This document shows, one piece after another, positions 9,885 to 20,436 of a DNA stretch of 64,000 nt. Source of the stretch: Vulcanimicrobiota bacterium (GTDB lineage Bacteria; Vulcanimicrobiota; Xenobia; Xenobiales; JADMJV01). The notes beneath the pieces were generated by a model. It searched no databases. It was not told the origin of the DNA and saw only the letters and a program-made list of their open reading frames with translations. Location of the stretch: positions 3,108,891 to 3,172,890 of the forward strand of contig JBFWNU010000001.1 in assembly GCA_050250895.1 (NCBI GenBank). The letters run 5' to 3'. Position 1 is the stretch's first letter; each line of letters starts with the position of its first letter. The translations under genes and the position numbers were made by a program.

Positions 9885-11429
9885 ATGGGGTCGGGGATTT
9901 TCCGCATACTCGCTTTGATCGGACTCTTGAGTTTGGTTGCCTTTGGGCAGCCGGCCGGCAGCCCCGGTCTGATCGATCGCGAGCCGCGCCTTACCGTTGA
10001 CAATTTTGTGTTCGAAGGCAACCACCTGGCTTCGGAGGCCGAGCTCCAGGGGGTGGTGGCCCCCTTCGTGGGCGAGTCGCTCTCGCTCGAGGAGCTGCGT
10101 CAGGTCGCCGAGCGGGTTACCGAGTACCACCTCGAGCACGGCTACAAGCTGGCCCGTGCCTATCTGCCCGAGCAAGACTTCGCCAACGGCACGGTCAGGA
10201 TACTGGTCCACGAAGGCAAGATCGATCGCATTGAAGTGGCCGGCGCGAAGTATCACTCCCCCGAGTTGATCCGGTCCTACTTTGGCGAGACCGAAGGTGG
10301 CGACTACGTCGACGGCGAGGTCATTCGGCCCTTGCTGCTCATTAACGAGTTGCCGGATGTCAAAGCCAATGTCCAGATGCAGCCGGGCAGCCAGGAGGGC
10401 ACTTCGACCATGGTCGTGACCCTCAAAGAGCGCAATCCCTTCGAGGTTTCGCTGGGTTACAACAACTACGGCACCCCCTCGACCGGCGAGAATCGGGCCG
10501 GCTTGACCCTTGCCCACAACAATCTTTCCGGGGTCGGCGACCGGCTGGCCGTCAATGGCACCTTCGGCTTTCCCGCCCGCAGCACCGCCTATCTCACCGC
10601 CGGCTACCAGCGCCCTCTCAACACCGACGGTCTATCCTTTGGCGTCAGCTACTCCAACAGCGCCTACGTGCTCGGCGGCGCTCTCGAAGTGCTCGATGTG
10701 CGCGGCGATGCCGATATCTACACGGTGTCACTGGGCCAGGCTCTGTGCCGTGCGTTGTCCCACCAGTCCGACGTCGGCCTCGATGTCACCCACGCCCGAG
10801 TGGACACCACCATTTTGGGCGGGGCCTTCTCGCGAGATGAATACACCAAGGCCCGAGTCTTCTACCAGGGCCGCTGGCTCAATCCCGAAAACCAGACCTA
10901 CCTGCGGGCCGGCTTCACCCAGGGGTTTGTCGAGCCATCGATCATTCCCAGCCGGGTAGGCGTGGGGCAGAGCTTCAGCAAGCTCAATCTGGACCTGCTG
11001 CAGATGCACCGCCTCGGGCCTCAGTGGCGCCTGGCCTTGCGGGCCAGCGGGCAGTTGGCGGACTCGCTGGTGGCGGCCGAGCAATATTCGGTGGGCGGCC
11101 CGTATACCGTGCGCGGCTATCCCCAGGGAGAACTGTTGGGCGACTCGGCCTATACCCTCGGCGGTGAACTACTGTGGTCGGTCCTGCGCGACGACCCCGA
11201 TCTGGTGAACCTGGCCCTTTTCGTCGACCACGGCGGCGCCATCCTGAGCCAGCCGCAACCGGGCGAAACCCAATCGCGCCAGTTGACCGGGGCCGGAGTG
11301 GGCGTGCGGCTCCGTTTCAACGAGGACACGCAGGCGCGACTGGACCTCGGTTTCCCGTTGTCGCCCAGCACGAATTCTCGCGGCAATTCACCGGTGATCT
11401 ATGGGGGGTTCTCGACCAGACTATGGTAA
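9885..11429 (+). CDS. ShlB/FhaC/HecB (TpsB) outer-membrane translocator
   Basis: POTRA (GYKLARAYLPEQ), NNYG, SVGGPYTVRGY, beta-barrel C-terminus. Confidence 0.92.
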   Translation: MGSGIFRILALIGLLSLVAFGQPAGSPGLIDREPRLTVDNFVFEGNHLASEAELQGVVAPFVGESLSLEELRQVAERVTEYHLEHGYKLARAYLPEQDFANGTVRILVHEGKIDRIEVAGAKYHSPELIRSYFGETEGGDYVDGEVIRPLLLINELPDVKANVQMQPGSQEGTSTMVVTLKERNPFEVSLGYNNYGTPSTGENRAGLTLAHNNLSGVGDRLAVNGTFGFPARSTAYLTAGYQRPLNTDGLSFGVSYSNSAYVLGGALEVLDVRGDADIYTVSLGQALCRALSHQSDVGLDVTHARVDTTILGGAFSRDEYTKARVFYQGRWLNPENQTYLRAGFTQGFVEPSIIPSRVGVGQSFSKLNLDLLQMHRLGPQWRLALRASGQLADSLVAAEQYSVGGPYTVRGYPQGELLGDSAYTLGGELLWSVLRDDPDLVNLALFVDHGGAILSQPQPGETQSRQLTGAGVGVRLRFNEDTQARLDLGFPLSPSTNSRGNSPVIYGGFSTRLW

Positions 11430-14400
11430 GACGCGGTTTAATCACTTTCTTGTTGCTGGCCTGGATGGGCTGGGCCTGGGCTGCCCCCGACGGGCCCGAG
11501 GTGGTCCACGGTCAGGTGCAGATCCATGGGTCCGGGGCCAACACCATCATCACCCAGGGCACCGATCGGGCCATCATCAACTGGAACGGCTTTAGCATCG
11601 ATGTTCACGAGCTGGTGCGGTTCATCCAACCCAATCAGCTTTCGGTCATCCTCAACCGGGTCGTCGGCCAGGACCCATCGGCCATCCTGGGGCAGCTGCA
11701 GGCCAACGGCCGCGTCTTTCTCATCAACCCCAACGGCATTCTCTTCGGACCCGAGTCGCGTGTCGACGTGGCCGGCTTCATGGCCAGCACCCTCGACATG
11801 CGCGATGAGGACTTCCTCAACGACCGCTACCTGCTGACGCAGAACGCCGACAAAGTGCTGGCCTCGGTGATCAACCAGGGCGAGATCCGGGTCACCGAAG
11901 GCGGCTTCGTGGTGCTGGTGGCGCCTCTGGTCTCGAACCAGGGCCTGATCGTGGCCGAGCTGGGTCAGGTGGCCCTGGGGGCCGGTCGTCAAGCCACCGT
12001 CAACTTTGACGGCCAGGGTTTGATCAATTTCCTGGTGGAGACCCCCGAAGGCCTCGAGCCCGGCACGGTGATGCTCGACCCGCAGGCGGCCGCGGGCCTG
12101 CTCTCGTCGGTGGTCAAGGACCCCGGCATCGTCGAAGCCTCGGCCCTGCCCACCGAGCTCCCCGAAGGTACCCTCATTGCCGGCGGCACCATCGATGTCA
12201 GCGGGGCCAACGGTGGCCGCGTGCTGCTCGATTCGACCCACACCACGGTAGCCAGCGGCGAGATTAACGCCAGTGGCCAGGCGAACGGGGGAGAGGTTCG
12301 CATCCTCTCCCACGGCACCTCGGTGCTCAGCGGTCAGGTCCAGGCCACCGGCCACGACGGCGGAACGGTCGAACTCAGCGGCGAGAACTTTGCCTTGCTC
12401 GGGGCGGTCGACGTGACGGGCCTGGGTGGGGTGGCCGGGCTGTTCTATCTCGACCCGGCCACCATCACCATCGTGGACGGAGCCGGGGGCTCGCTCGATG
12501 GCCTCTTTCTCAGTAATATGGGCGTCTTCTTCGCCGACGACATGCCTCCCAACACGATTTCCAAAGCTGCCCTCGAATCGGTCTCGGCGGGAGCCTCGGT
12601 GCGACTCGAGGCCACCGACCAGATCACCGTCAACGACATCGCCGGCGACCAGATCAATCTTCAAGACGGGGTCACCCTCGAGTTGGTGGTGGCCAACGGA
12701 AACGTCGTCTTCGAAGACGTCAACGACACGATTTCCACCGGTAGCGGCGGCAATCTCTTTGTGGATGTGAGCAACGGCGGGGCTACCCTGGGGCGCCTGT
12801 TTGCTCCGGACGGAAAGATCGGCATCCAGGCCCGCGACGATGTCGTTTTTCAGGACCTGGGCACGCTGGGGTTGGTGAATAATGGGTCGGTCGCCATCAG
12901 CAGTACCGATGGCGACATTTTTGGGCACAATATCGGGACCGGCTCGCTGGTGCTCATCGGCACCAACATCGGGAATAGCGATGCGCCCATCACCATCGAC
13001 GCGACCTCTCTGGCGGCCCAGGCTAGCAACGAGATCGCCCTGCACGAGACGGACGCCGACACCCTGGACGGGTTGGTCCTGCGGGCGGCGGTAGGGCAGT
13101 TCACTTCGAGCAACTTTCTCTCGGTCGACTATGGCCTCAAAGGCGACAACATCAGCCTGGTGGTCGATTCTGGCGACCTGACCATGGCTCGCAACGATCT
13201 TCAAGATCCGCTCGAGGCCACGGTGGTGGGCAACAATATCTCTTTGCAGGCCAACGGCGGTGATATCCAGGGCCTGACCAACCCCGCGCCTCCGGCCAAC
13301 GATGTCGATCTCGACATTTCCGGCGGCACTCTCAGCTTGAGCGCCGACGGCATCGCGCCGTTGACCACGCTCAATACCTCGGTCAATCAGCTTTCGGCCA
13401 CCTCTTCGACCGGCGACATTGCCATCAGCAACCGGATCGACCTGATTCTGGCCTTCCTGGACGCCGGCGATGACGCCTTCATCGACGCTCCCAACCTGAC
13501 CGTGTCAGGCGATCTCATGGCCGCGTTCGATCTCGATCTCGAGGCCACTAGCGGCTCGATCAACGGCAACACCTCGGTGCTGTCGGCGAATCGCCTCTTC
13601 TTGACGGCCAACGACAACATCGGCGCCATGTCTGCCCCCCTCCATGTCGACAGCAACATCTTCCGAGCCGATGCCGCCCATGGGATGATCAACGTGGTTG
13701 GCGAAGGCTCGCTGTTTGGGATCGATCAGGCCACGGCCGGCACCTCGGTGTCGCTGCACGCCGCCAATGGCGACTTACAGATCTTCGGCCCGGTCGAGGC
13801 CGATAGCGGACCCATCGCCCTGACCGCCACCGGTGATGTGTTGATGGCCGCGAGCGGCAGCGTCGACGGCTCCTCGATCTTTCTCGAAGGAGCGTCGGTG
13901 GGCACCGCCTCGAACCCTATCGAGATCGACGCCACCACTCTGGCCGGTCGAGCCACCAACGGTGGGTTCTTCGTTCAGGAACTCGACAGTTTCACCCAGG
14001 ACGGACTGACCATCGGAATGGTCTCGACCGACCTGGGCAGCGCCTCGGGCGTCTCGGCCACGGGGGATGTGATCCTCGAACTCCTCGACGGCGACCTGAT
14101 CTTCAACGATGGGGTCACGGCTGGCGACTTTCTCGGTATTTCGGTTAGTTTTGGCTCTGTGGCCAACAATTTCTCGGGCAACGACCTGACCGCCCACCAC
14201 GTCTCGATCAGCGCCTTTGGCATCGGCACCTCGGATGCCCCGGTGACGGTGAGCGCAGCCAATTTGGCCGCCAGCACCAGCGGTTCGATGAACCTGGCCG
14301 TCGATGGCGTGACCATCGCCGAGGTCACACCCCCCTCCGGGTCGAGCCTCTCGACCCTTTCCGGGCTGTCGGCCGGTGGCGACATCAGCCTGATGTCGAG

Positions 14401-16684
14401 CGACGAGGTGGCCCTGGCCGCCCCGGTCGCCGCCGGCATGATGGTCGAGCTGAAAGTGGCCCAGGGTGACCTGATTCTGGGTGACCTGATCAGCGCCGGC
14501 ACCACCGTCTGCCTGGCCGCTGACAACGGCTCGATTCTCGACGACAACGGCGATAGTCTCAACGTGCAGGCTCCGGCAGCCTCGTTCGACGCCCCCAACG
14601 GCACGGTCGGCACCAGCGAAGATAGCCTCGAGACAGCCATTTCGACCGTTTCGGGCCGAGCCCGCGAGTTCAACTTTCATCACACCATGGCCGTGACCGA
14701 GGGGCTGGTGTGCGGTATCGATGGATTGATCCTCACCGCTCTTGCCCCGGCGGAGCAAGTTGAAGAGGTGCCGATCGATAGCTCGATCTATCCGCCCGTG
14801 CCAGGCTATAACGAGAATGTCGGCCAGAACAACCCCGACATCTATCAGGACATTCAACTGCTCAACGAGCTGATCTCCAACGGCGCCGACGGGCCCATCC
14901 GCGACATGGTGGGCTGGGTCTTTCTGCTCGACGGAGTCACCGTCGACTCCGAACAACGGGTGCCCGACTACAACCAGTTTGGCCTCACCGGGGGCGACCT
15001 GGGTGACATCGCCCAGGGCCTGCGCGAGCGCGGCTGGCAGGTCAATCTCAACGGCAATCAACTGACGGCTACCCGGCCGGGCTTTTCGCTGGGCGCCATC
15101 CAGAACGGCAACCAGATCACTCTGGCCATCGGCGAGATGGGCGCTCAGACCAGCCCCGGTCCTGCTCAGGCGGGCCAGGGCCAGCAGACCGATCAGAACC
15201 TGCAGACCGCGGTCGACTTCTTGCTCGATGGCCCGGGGGTCAAAGTCGACGCGACCCAGCGGGTGCCCGACTATGACGAATACCACCTGTCCGGTGACCC
15301 CGATCAGCTGTGGGACGACGCCCTCAAGGGACTGGAAGAGAACGGTTGGCGCCTGCTGACCAACAGCAAAGAGCAGATTGTGGCCGTGCGCGACGGTCTC
15401 AAGGTCGAGCTGACCCGCGAGGGCAACCGGGTCGTCATGAGCGTGAGCGAGTCGGGTCTCGACGACGATCAGGGCATGCGTTCGGCCGTCTCGTTCTTGC
15501 TCGACGCCCCCGGGGTGCAGCTGCTAAGCTGGCAGAGAGTCCCCGACTACAACAGTTTTCAACTAGCCACCGGCAAGAGTCTTCAGGACGTGACCGGCGA
15601 CCTGCGCCAGCAGGGCTTCACCATCACCTCTCAGGACGGCAACTCGGTGACCGCCACCCGAGGTGACTTCGAGGTCACCGTTACCCGCAACCAGGCCGGC
15701 CAGTTGACTCTGGAGGTCGTCGCGGCAGCTACCGGCCAGGGCCAGCCGACGGCCGGTGGCGAGCAGCTCGACACCCAGTTGCGCAACGAGATCGCGTGGC
15801 TCTTCGAGTCGCCTCGACTGCATCTGGCGTCCGAGGTGCGTGTTCCCGATTACAACCTTTCCAACGTCGAAGTCTTGGGCTCGCTGTCGGAAATGCTCGA
15901 CTGGCTGGCGGCGGGGTTCACCCAGCGCGGCTGGAAAGTCGAACGTCGCGGCAACGGGCTGGTCGGCACTCGCGGCAACCTGACTTTGAACGTGACCCCT
16001 CGCCAGGGCGGCCTGGCTATCGAGATCGTCACCAGCGAAGGCGGCCCGACGGGCAACGGCCAGGATGCCGACGCCGACCTCCTGGCTCCGCTGGCCAGCC
16101 TGCTGAGCGACCAACGCCTGCAGCTGACCGAGCAGGTGCGGGTGCCCGACTTCGGCCAGCTCGAGTTCGTCTCGGACCGCCCGTATCAAGAGTGGTTGGG
16201 CGAGATCGGCCGTATGCTCGGACAGAACGGCTGGACCGTCGAGCGCACTGGCCAGGAGCTGCGGGCCACCCGCGGCAACCAGGTTTTGCAGGTCAGTCCG
16301 GGCCGTTCGGGCTTCGTGGTCGAAGCTCGCCAGTTTGACTCGCTACCCCAGTCGGCCGACAGCGGCCTCCATCAACAGCTGAGCTGGCTCTACGACATCC
16401 CGGGCCTGGGCTTCGAGTCGACCGTGCGGGTGCCCGACTACAACGCTTATCGCCTCACCAGCTCGCTGCCCTTTGCCGAGCTGCGCACCAGCGTCAGCAA
16501 CCAGTTGCAGGGCCAGGGTTGGAAGGTGTCGGTCGAGGGCGAAGCCCTGATCGCGACCCGTGGTAGCCTGCGTCTAGAGTTGCGCCAGCAGGCCGACGGT
16601 CCCACCCTGGACGTGACCGACACGGCCGCATCCGAAGTTTCTTACAGCCAAACCAGTACAACGAAAGAGACGGTTACACCATGA
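11423..16684 (+). CDS. TpsA filamentous-haemagglutinin-like exoprotein (1753 aa) with six C-terminal repeat domains
   Basis: Signal peptide, TPS domain (IINWNGFSI, LNRV, GRVFLINPNGILFG), beta-helix region, RVPD(Y/F) x6. Confidence 0.92.
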   Translation: MVRRGLITFLLLAWMGWAWAAPDGPEVVHGQVQIHGSGANTIITQGTDRAIINWNGFSIDVHELVRFIQPNQLSVILNRVVGQDPSAILGQLQANGRVFLINPNGILFGPESRVDVAGFMASTLDMRDEDFLNDRYLLTQNADKVLASVINQGEIRVTEGGFVVLVAPLVSNQGLIVAELGQVALGAGRQATVNFDGQGLINFLVETPEGLEPGTVMLDPQAAAGLLSSVVKDPGIVEASALPTELPEGTLIAGGTIDVSGANGGRVLLDSTHTTVASGEINASGQANGGEVRILSHGTSVLSGQVQATGHDGGTVELSGENFALLGAVDVTGLGGVAGLFYLDPATITIVDGAGGSLDGLFLSNMGVFFADDMPPNTISKAALESVSAGASVRLEATDQITVNDIAGDQINLQDGVTLELVVANGNVVFEDVNDTISTGSGGNLFVDVSNGGATLGRLFAPDGKIGIQARDDVVFQDLGTLGLVNNGSVAISSTDGDIFGHNIGTGSLVLIGTNIGNSDAPITIDATSLAAQASNEIALHETDADTLDGLVLRAAVGQFTSSNFLSVDYGLKGDNISLVVDSGDLTMARNDLQDPLEATVVGNNISLQANGGDIQGLTNPAPPANDVDLDISGGTLSLSADGIAPLTTLNTSVNQLSATSSTGDIAISNRIDLILAFLDAGDDAFIDAPNLTVSGDLMAAFDLDLEATSGSINGNTSVLSANRLFLTANDNIGAMSAPLHVDSNIFRADAAHGMINVVGEGSLFGIDQATAGTSVSLHAANGDLQIFGPVEADSGPIALTATGDVLMAASGSVDGSSIFLEGASVGTASNPIEIDATTLAGRATNGGFFVQELDSFTQDGLTIGMVSTDLGSASGVSATGDVILELLDGDLIFNDGVTAGDFLGISVSFGSVANNFSGNDLTAHHVSISAFGIGTSDAPVTVSAANLAASTSGSMNLAVDGVTIAEVTPPSGSSLSTLSGLSAGGDISLMSSDEVALAAPVAAGMMVELKVAQGDLILGDLISAGTTVCLAADNGSILDDNGDSLNVQAPAASFDAPNGTVGTSEDSLETAISTVSGRAREFNFHHTMAVTEGLVCGIDGLILTALAPAEQVEEVPIDSSIYPPVPGYNENVGQNNPDIYQDIQLLNELISNGADGPIRDMVGWVFLLDGVTVDSEQRVPDYNQFGLTGGDLGDIAQGLRERGWQVNLNGNQLTATRPGFSLGAIQNGNQITLAIGEMGAQTSPGPAQAGQGQQTDQNLQTAVDFLLDGPGVKVDATQRVPDYDEYHLSGDPDQLWDDALKGLEENGWRLLTNSKEQIVAVRDGLKVELTREGNRVVMSVSESGLDDDQGMRSAVSFLLDAPGVQLLSWQRVPDYNSFQLATGKSLQDVTGDLRQQGFTITSQDGNSVTATRGDFEVTVTRNQAGQLTLEVVAAATGQGQPTAGGEQLDTQLRNEIAWLFESPRLHLASEVRVPDYNLSNVEVLGSLSEMLDWLAAGFTQRGWKVERRGNGLVGTRGNLTLNVTPRQGGLAIEIVTSEGGPTGNGQDADADLLAPLASLLSDQRLQLTEQVRVPDFGQLEFVSDRPYQEWLGEIGRMLGQNGWTVERTGQELRATRGNQVLQVSPGRSGFVVEARQFDSLPQSADSGLHQQLSWLYDIPGLGFESTVRVPDYNAYRLTSSLPFAELRTSVSNQLQGQGWKVSVEGEALIATRGSLRLELRQQADGPTLDVTDTAASEVSYSQTSTTKETVTP
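14900..16625 (+). repeat. Six diverged ~100-aa tandem domains within TpsA
   Basis: RVPDY/F near 14956, 15260, 15536, 15838, 16139 and 16427, each followed by a GW/GF and ATRG-like motif. Confidence 0.85.
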
Positions 16685-17454
16685 CCTATCGAACCATCCT
16701 GACTCTCGCCCTGGTCGGCCTGCTGGCAGGCTCGGCATCCGCCCAGGCCGAGCGTCCAGGAACGAGCATTCCCCCGGCCCTCGAGGCGCTGGCCGCCCAG
16801 GTGGTCGAATTGGCCGTCAAGGCTCGGGTGGACAACGGCGTGTCGCAGACCGGGCGCCTGGACTATCTGGCCCGAGCCGGCCGTGGCCACGCCCAGGAGA
16901 TGCTCGACCTCAACTACTTCAGCCACACCTCTCCTACGCCGGGGCGCGAGCGACCCAAGCAGCGCATCGAATTGGCTGGTGGTTGGGACCTGGCCATGGC
17001 CGAGAACATTTACCGCTCCAACGGGATACCGGCTAACGAAGTGGCCGAGGCGGTGGTGGCAGCCTGGCTGAAAAGCCCGACTCACCGCCATAACCTGCTC
17101 AACCCGAAGTACAACCGCATGGATGTGGGCATCGCTCTGACCGGAGAAGACAGCTACGCCATCGTGCAGATGTTTGCGTTCCAGGCCATTTCTATCGAGA
17201 GCTTGACGGCCACTCCCTCGGGCTCGGGCTACAAAATCACCCTCAAGGGCAAAGTGGTGGACGGGCCGAGCAACAAAGGCGCTATCGCCATCGGCAACAG
17301 CATCGGCAGCAAGTTCGAGGCCGACTCTGCGGGTCTGTTCGAGGTCAGCTTCGAGGCGCCGGCCGACGCCATGATCGCGGTGGGCCTGCAGAAACCCGAT
17401 GGCCGCTACGCCATCGATCTGGAATTTCCGGCTTCTTTCGCGGCCAACCGTTAA
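16681..17454 (+). CDS. Secreted CAP/SCP domain protein
   Basis: HAQEM..NYFSH, AENI, WLKSPTHRHNLLNP; ATGA overlap with tpsA. Confidence 0.9.
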   Translation: MTYRTILTLALVGLLAGSASAQAERPGTSIPPALEALAAQVVELAVKARVDNGVSQTGRLDYLARAGRGHAQEMLDLNYFSHTSPTPGRERPKQRIELAGGWDLAMAENIYRSNGIPANEVAEAVVAAWLKSPTHRHNLLNPKYNRMDVGIALTGEDSYAIVQMFAFQAISIESLTATPSGSGYKITLKGKVVDGPSNKGAIAIGNSIGSKFEADSAGLFEVSFEAPADAMIAVGLQKPDGRYAIDLEFPASFAANR

Positions 17455-17483
17455 AAAGAAGAACCCCGGTGGGGAGCCGGGGT
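17453..17483 (-). terminator. Intrinsic terminator
   Basis: ACCCCGG/CCGGGGT stem followed on the minus strand by TCTTCTTTTT. Confidence 0.6.
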
Positions 17484-17554
17484 GGGGGATTGGGTTGTCT
17501 TGGGGTTTGTGAGGTCATCTTACCCCAGGGCAGCCCTTCCGTCTGTGTGCTGGT

Positions 17555-18214
17555 TCACAATTTGGGCGTCTCGAGTTCGGCCTCGAGAAATGCGGCGAAC
17601 TTTCGGTCGGTCGACAAGAAGAACTCGGGGATCTTCTCGAGCAGAGCGGGCTTGAGGGTGTACTGTTCGCAAACCAGGCTCATGCGAGGCTTGCCTTCGG
17701 GACTGTGCTCGACCTTGCGCACCGAGTGCCGCAGCGAACCGAGAAACTCGACCAGGGTGTTGGCCTGAGGCCGCACGCGGGCGAAGGGGACAATGAAATA
17801 GAGTACCAGCTCTCCACCCACCAGCCCCGCCGGGACATCGACGTAGAGCACCGAGGTTTTGAGGGGATAGGGCACCATCTCGGGGAGGGTAAAGGTCAGC
17901 AAGGTCCGGTCGGCGTGAGCTGCCACGCCCGCCCCCTGGTGAATCACCAGCGGATTGATATAGAACGCGTTGCAGCGGTCGTCGAGCACGGCCTCGAGAT
18001 AGGGCCGCATGGCGGGCAGGGCGGCCAGCACCCGGGATAGACCCGAGCGCTGAAAGACTACCGAGAAGCCGTACGTACCTTCAAATCGATTGCTGAGATC
18101 GCTACCGGCCATGTAGGGTGAATTGCTCAGGTCATCGAGCAGAGCTTTTAGATCGCCGGGGTCGAGCAGCCCGGGAGCCACTCGATAAGGGAACAATCGT
18201 TGGTACCATCTCAC
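17555..18214 (-). CDS. 2OG-Fe(II) oxygenase family protein
   Basis: HAD (HxD), GGEL, distal H (LRHSV) and RxS (RMSLV). Confidence 0.82.
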   Translation of the reverse strand: MRWYQRLFPYRVAPGLLDPGDLKALLDDLSNSPYMAGSDLSNRFEGTYGFSVVFQRSGLSRVLAALPAMRPYLEAVLDDRCNAFYINPLVIHQGAGVAAHADRTLLTFTLPEMVPYPLKTSVLYVDVPAGLVGGELVLYFIVPFARVRPQANTLVEFLGSLRHSVRKVEHSPEGKPRMSLVCEQYTLKPALLEKIPEFFLSTDRKFAAFLEAELETPKL

Positions 18215-18256
18215 TGCCAGTCAACTAGCGTCTATCGTCTACCGGCTACCGTCTGA

Positions 18257-18946
18257 CTAGAGCGCGATCATGAAGTCAGCCAAACCCTGATCGTCGTCAC
18301 CGAGCACCTCGCGGGCGGGGACGTAGGCTTTGGCGCGGATAGAGTCGCCTGGAGTAAGCAAGCTGACCCGTTCTGGGGACTCTTCACTCTCATCGGCAGC
18401 CTGGCTGCTGGCCGGTTCGCGGCTTTCTTCGCTGCGGTTGACCTTGACCGGCCGAGCCACCTGGCTGATGGCGGCGGCGGCGGGTTGGGCGGGTAATTCT
18501 TCGGGGCGAGTCACCTCGGCGGCCAGGCTGGTGGCGGCCGGTTGGCTGGCTTCGTGGCGGACCACCTCGGCCTGCTGTTGGACCGGGACAGGCGGAGGAG
18601 CCGGTTCGGCGGCGGCGGGGGCGGCCGTCACGGGCTTGGCCTTGATGGTGCGGGCGGCCGCCTGCATCTTGCTGATGGTGGCCGTCTCCTCAGAGGGGGT
18701 CACGGACTCGACCCTGTCATCGGTGTTGACCTTGCTGGTCTCGGCCACCTTTTGGGTCTGCTTGGGTCCGTCCACGCGGTTGAGCAGCTCCTTGCGAAAG
18801 GTGCTACCGCCGGTGCCAAGTTGATTATCCTGGCCCGGACCGGCTCCCCGGCGAGCCTCGTTGGCATAGATGGCGGCGGCCCACATCTCGAGAGCCGTCT
18901 CGCGACGTTCGTTCTTTGAGGAGATTTCTTCTATCGGTGAGGACAT
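18257..18946 (-). CDS. Low-complexity (A/P/S/E-rich) hypothetical protein
   Basis: 229-aa ORF; TAAAAT 6 nt before the ATG. Confidence 0.7.
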   Translation of the reverse strand: MSSPIEEISSKNERRETALEMWAAAIYANEARRGAGPGQDNQLGTGGSTFRKELLNRVDGPKQTQKVAETSKVNTDDRVESVTPSEETATISKMQAAARTIKAKPVTAAPAAAEPAPPPVPVQQQAEVVRHEASQPAATSLAAEVTRPEELPAQPAAAAISQVARPVKVNRSEESREPASSQAADESEESPERVSLLTPGDSIRAKAYVPAREVLGDDDQGLADFMIAL

Positions 18947-19017
18947 ATCCTGATTTTAGCCCGGGTGGGGCCCCCAGCTGTGAACAGTGCTTTAACTCCG
19001 ATGGCTTCGGAAAAACG

Positions 19018-19034
19018 GTAACAATTCTGTAACA
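19018..19034 (-). promoter_or_regulatory. OmpR/PhoB-type direct repeat TGTTAC-N5-TGTTAC
   Basis: GTAACA at 19018 and 19029 (11-bp period), upstream of the gene starting at 18946. Confidence 0.45.
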
Positions 19035-19056
19035 GTTTTCGCGCCCGCGCGGCCGG

Positions 19057-20436
19057 TCAAGGCTGCTCGACTAGAGGCAGGTCAAACTCGAAGGACTTCC
19101 AGCCCGACCCTTCCTCCAGACGGATCTTGCTGCCATGGGCTCGCAAGATCTCGCCCACGATGGAAAGCCCCAGGCCGGCTCCTTTGCGGCTGCGGGCCCG
19201 GTCCACTTTGTAGAAACGCTCGAAGATGGCCTCCCGGTCCCGGGGGGGGATCGGTGGCCCGTTGTCTTTGACTCGAAACACCACTCGATCGCCCTCGCGC
19301 TGGCATGACGCCACCACACGGGTTCCGGGAGGATTGTGGTCGATGGCGTTGGCAACCAGGTTCTTCATCACTTGCATGATGCGACGCTCGTCGCCGCGAA
19401 CGGCAGCCTCGACCACCTCGGTCGAGAGTTCGATCTGGCCGGCCAGGGCCAGTGCCTGGGCCGGCACGACCGCTTCCTGGACGGGGACGGCGGCCTCGAA
19501 GAGTTCATGGCGCATAGAGATTTCGCCCGTCTCGAAGCGAGCCAGATCGGTGATGTCGTCGACTAGATAGGACAGATGCTCGACTTGTCTTAGCATCGAC
19601 TCGAGCCGGGACCGGCGTTGCTGGTCCGGGACCACCCCGTCAAGCAAGGCCTCGATGGTAGCCCGGAGGGTCGTCACCGGCGTGGACAACTCGTGAGAGA
19701 CGTCGTTGAGCAGCCGGCTGCGGGTAGTGATGTCTCTCTCCAGGCTGGCGGCCATCTCGTCAAAGGCGCGGGACAGGCCACCCAGTTCGTCGGAACGTTT
19801 GAGTTCTACCCGGGTCGAGAGGTCTCCGTCGGCCATGCGGCGGGCCGCGGTCTCCAGGCGAGTGATAGGGTTGACCAGATGGCGGGTCAGGATCCAGGCT
19901 ACCAAACCGGCCGGGAGCAGGGCCAGGAGGATGTTGCGGAGCATCCAACCTCCCGGCCCGCTTCGGCTGAGCGGAGGCAGGCGCCGGGTGAAGGCCACCA
20001 CCGCCCCGGGGACGGCCCCATCGAGTGGGATGGGAATGGCGGTAAAGTGGCCCCGGCTATCTCCGCTGCGCGCCTGGTCGTAACCTCCGCCGACGGTGTG
20101 GTTCCTTTGCAGTTTTTCGATCTCGTCAGCGGTCAGCTCGAACGTAGGTAACTTGGGGCACCAGTTTTCCTCTCCGAAAGGCACCACCGTGAGGAAGTAG
20201 GGGGTGCCCTGGTTTTTCAGCAGCAGAGCGGTTTGCAGCTCGTCGTAGTGACCTTTTTGAAGAGCCTCTACGACCATCGAGACCGCATCCCGCGCCTGAT
20301 GTTCGGTGTTGGCCAGGAGCCGAGGTACGAAGGCGCGGTGGAATTGGAGATAGTTGCCGACAGCCACGATTGCGGCGGCGCTGAGGATGACCAGAAAGTA
20401 GGTGGCAAAGACCTTGCTGAAGAGCCTAGTCGCCAA
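19057..20436 (-). CDS. HAMP-domain sensor histidine kinase
   Basis: Two TM helices, HAMP, H-box DVSHELSTP, NLVANA, DNGPPI, GAGLGL; likely TTG start at 20436. Confidence 0.92.
   Translation of the reverse strand: MATRLFSKVFATYFLVILSAAAIVAVGNYLQFHRAFVPRLLANTEHQARDAVSMVVEALQKGHYDELQTALLLKNQGTPYFLTVVPFGEENWCPKLPTFELTADEIEKLQRNHTVGGGYDQARSGDSRGHFTAIPIPLDGAVPGAVVAFTRRLPPLSRSGPGGWMLRNILLALLPAGLVAWILTRHLVNPITRLETAARRMADGDLSTRVELKRSDELGGLSRAFDEMAASLERDITTRSRLLNDVSHELSTPVTTLRATIEALLDGVVPDQQRRSRLESMLRQVEHLSYLVDDITDLARFETGEISMRHELFEAAVPVQEAVVPAQALALAGQIELSTEVVEAAVRGDERRIMQVMKNLVANAIDHNPPGTRVVASCQREGDRVVFRVKDNGPPIPPRDREAIFERFYKVDRARSRKGAGLGLSIVGEILRAHGSKIRLEEGSGWKSFEFDLPLVEQP

Noticed and set aside
11174-11422. 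N-terminal extension of TpsA in the ORF track (similar extensions at 9789, 20562, 47986, 59920)
   Set aside because: They overlap neighbouring genes or precede clear signal peptides; downstream starts fit better
11438-15286. Long antisense ORFs (11438-13204, 13775-15286; likewise 53126-54874 and 56597-57709)
   Set aside because: Shadow frames of GC-rich genes on the opposite strand, without recognisable motifs
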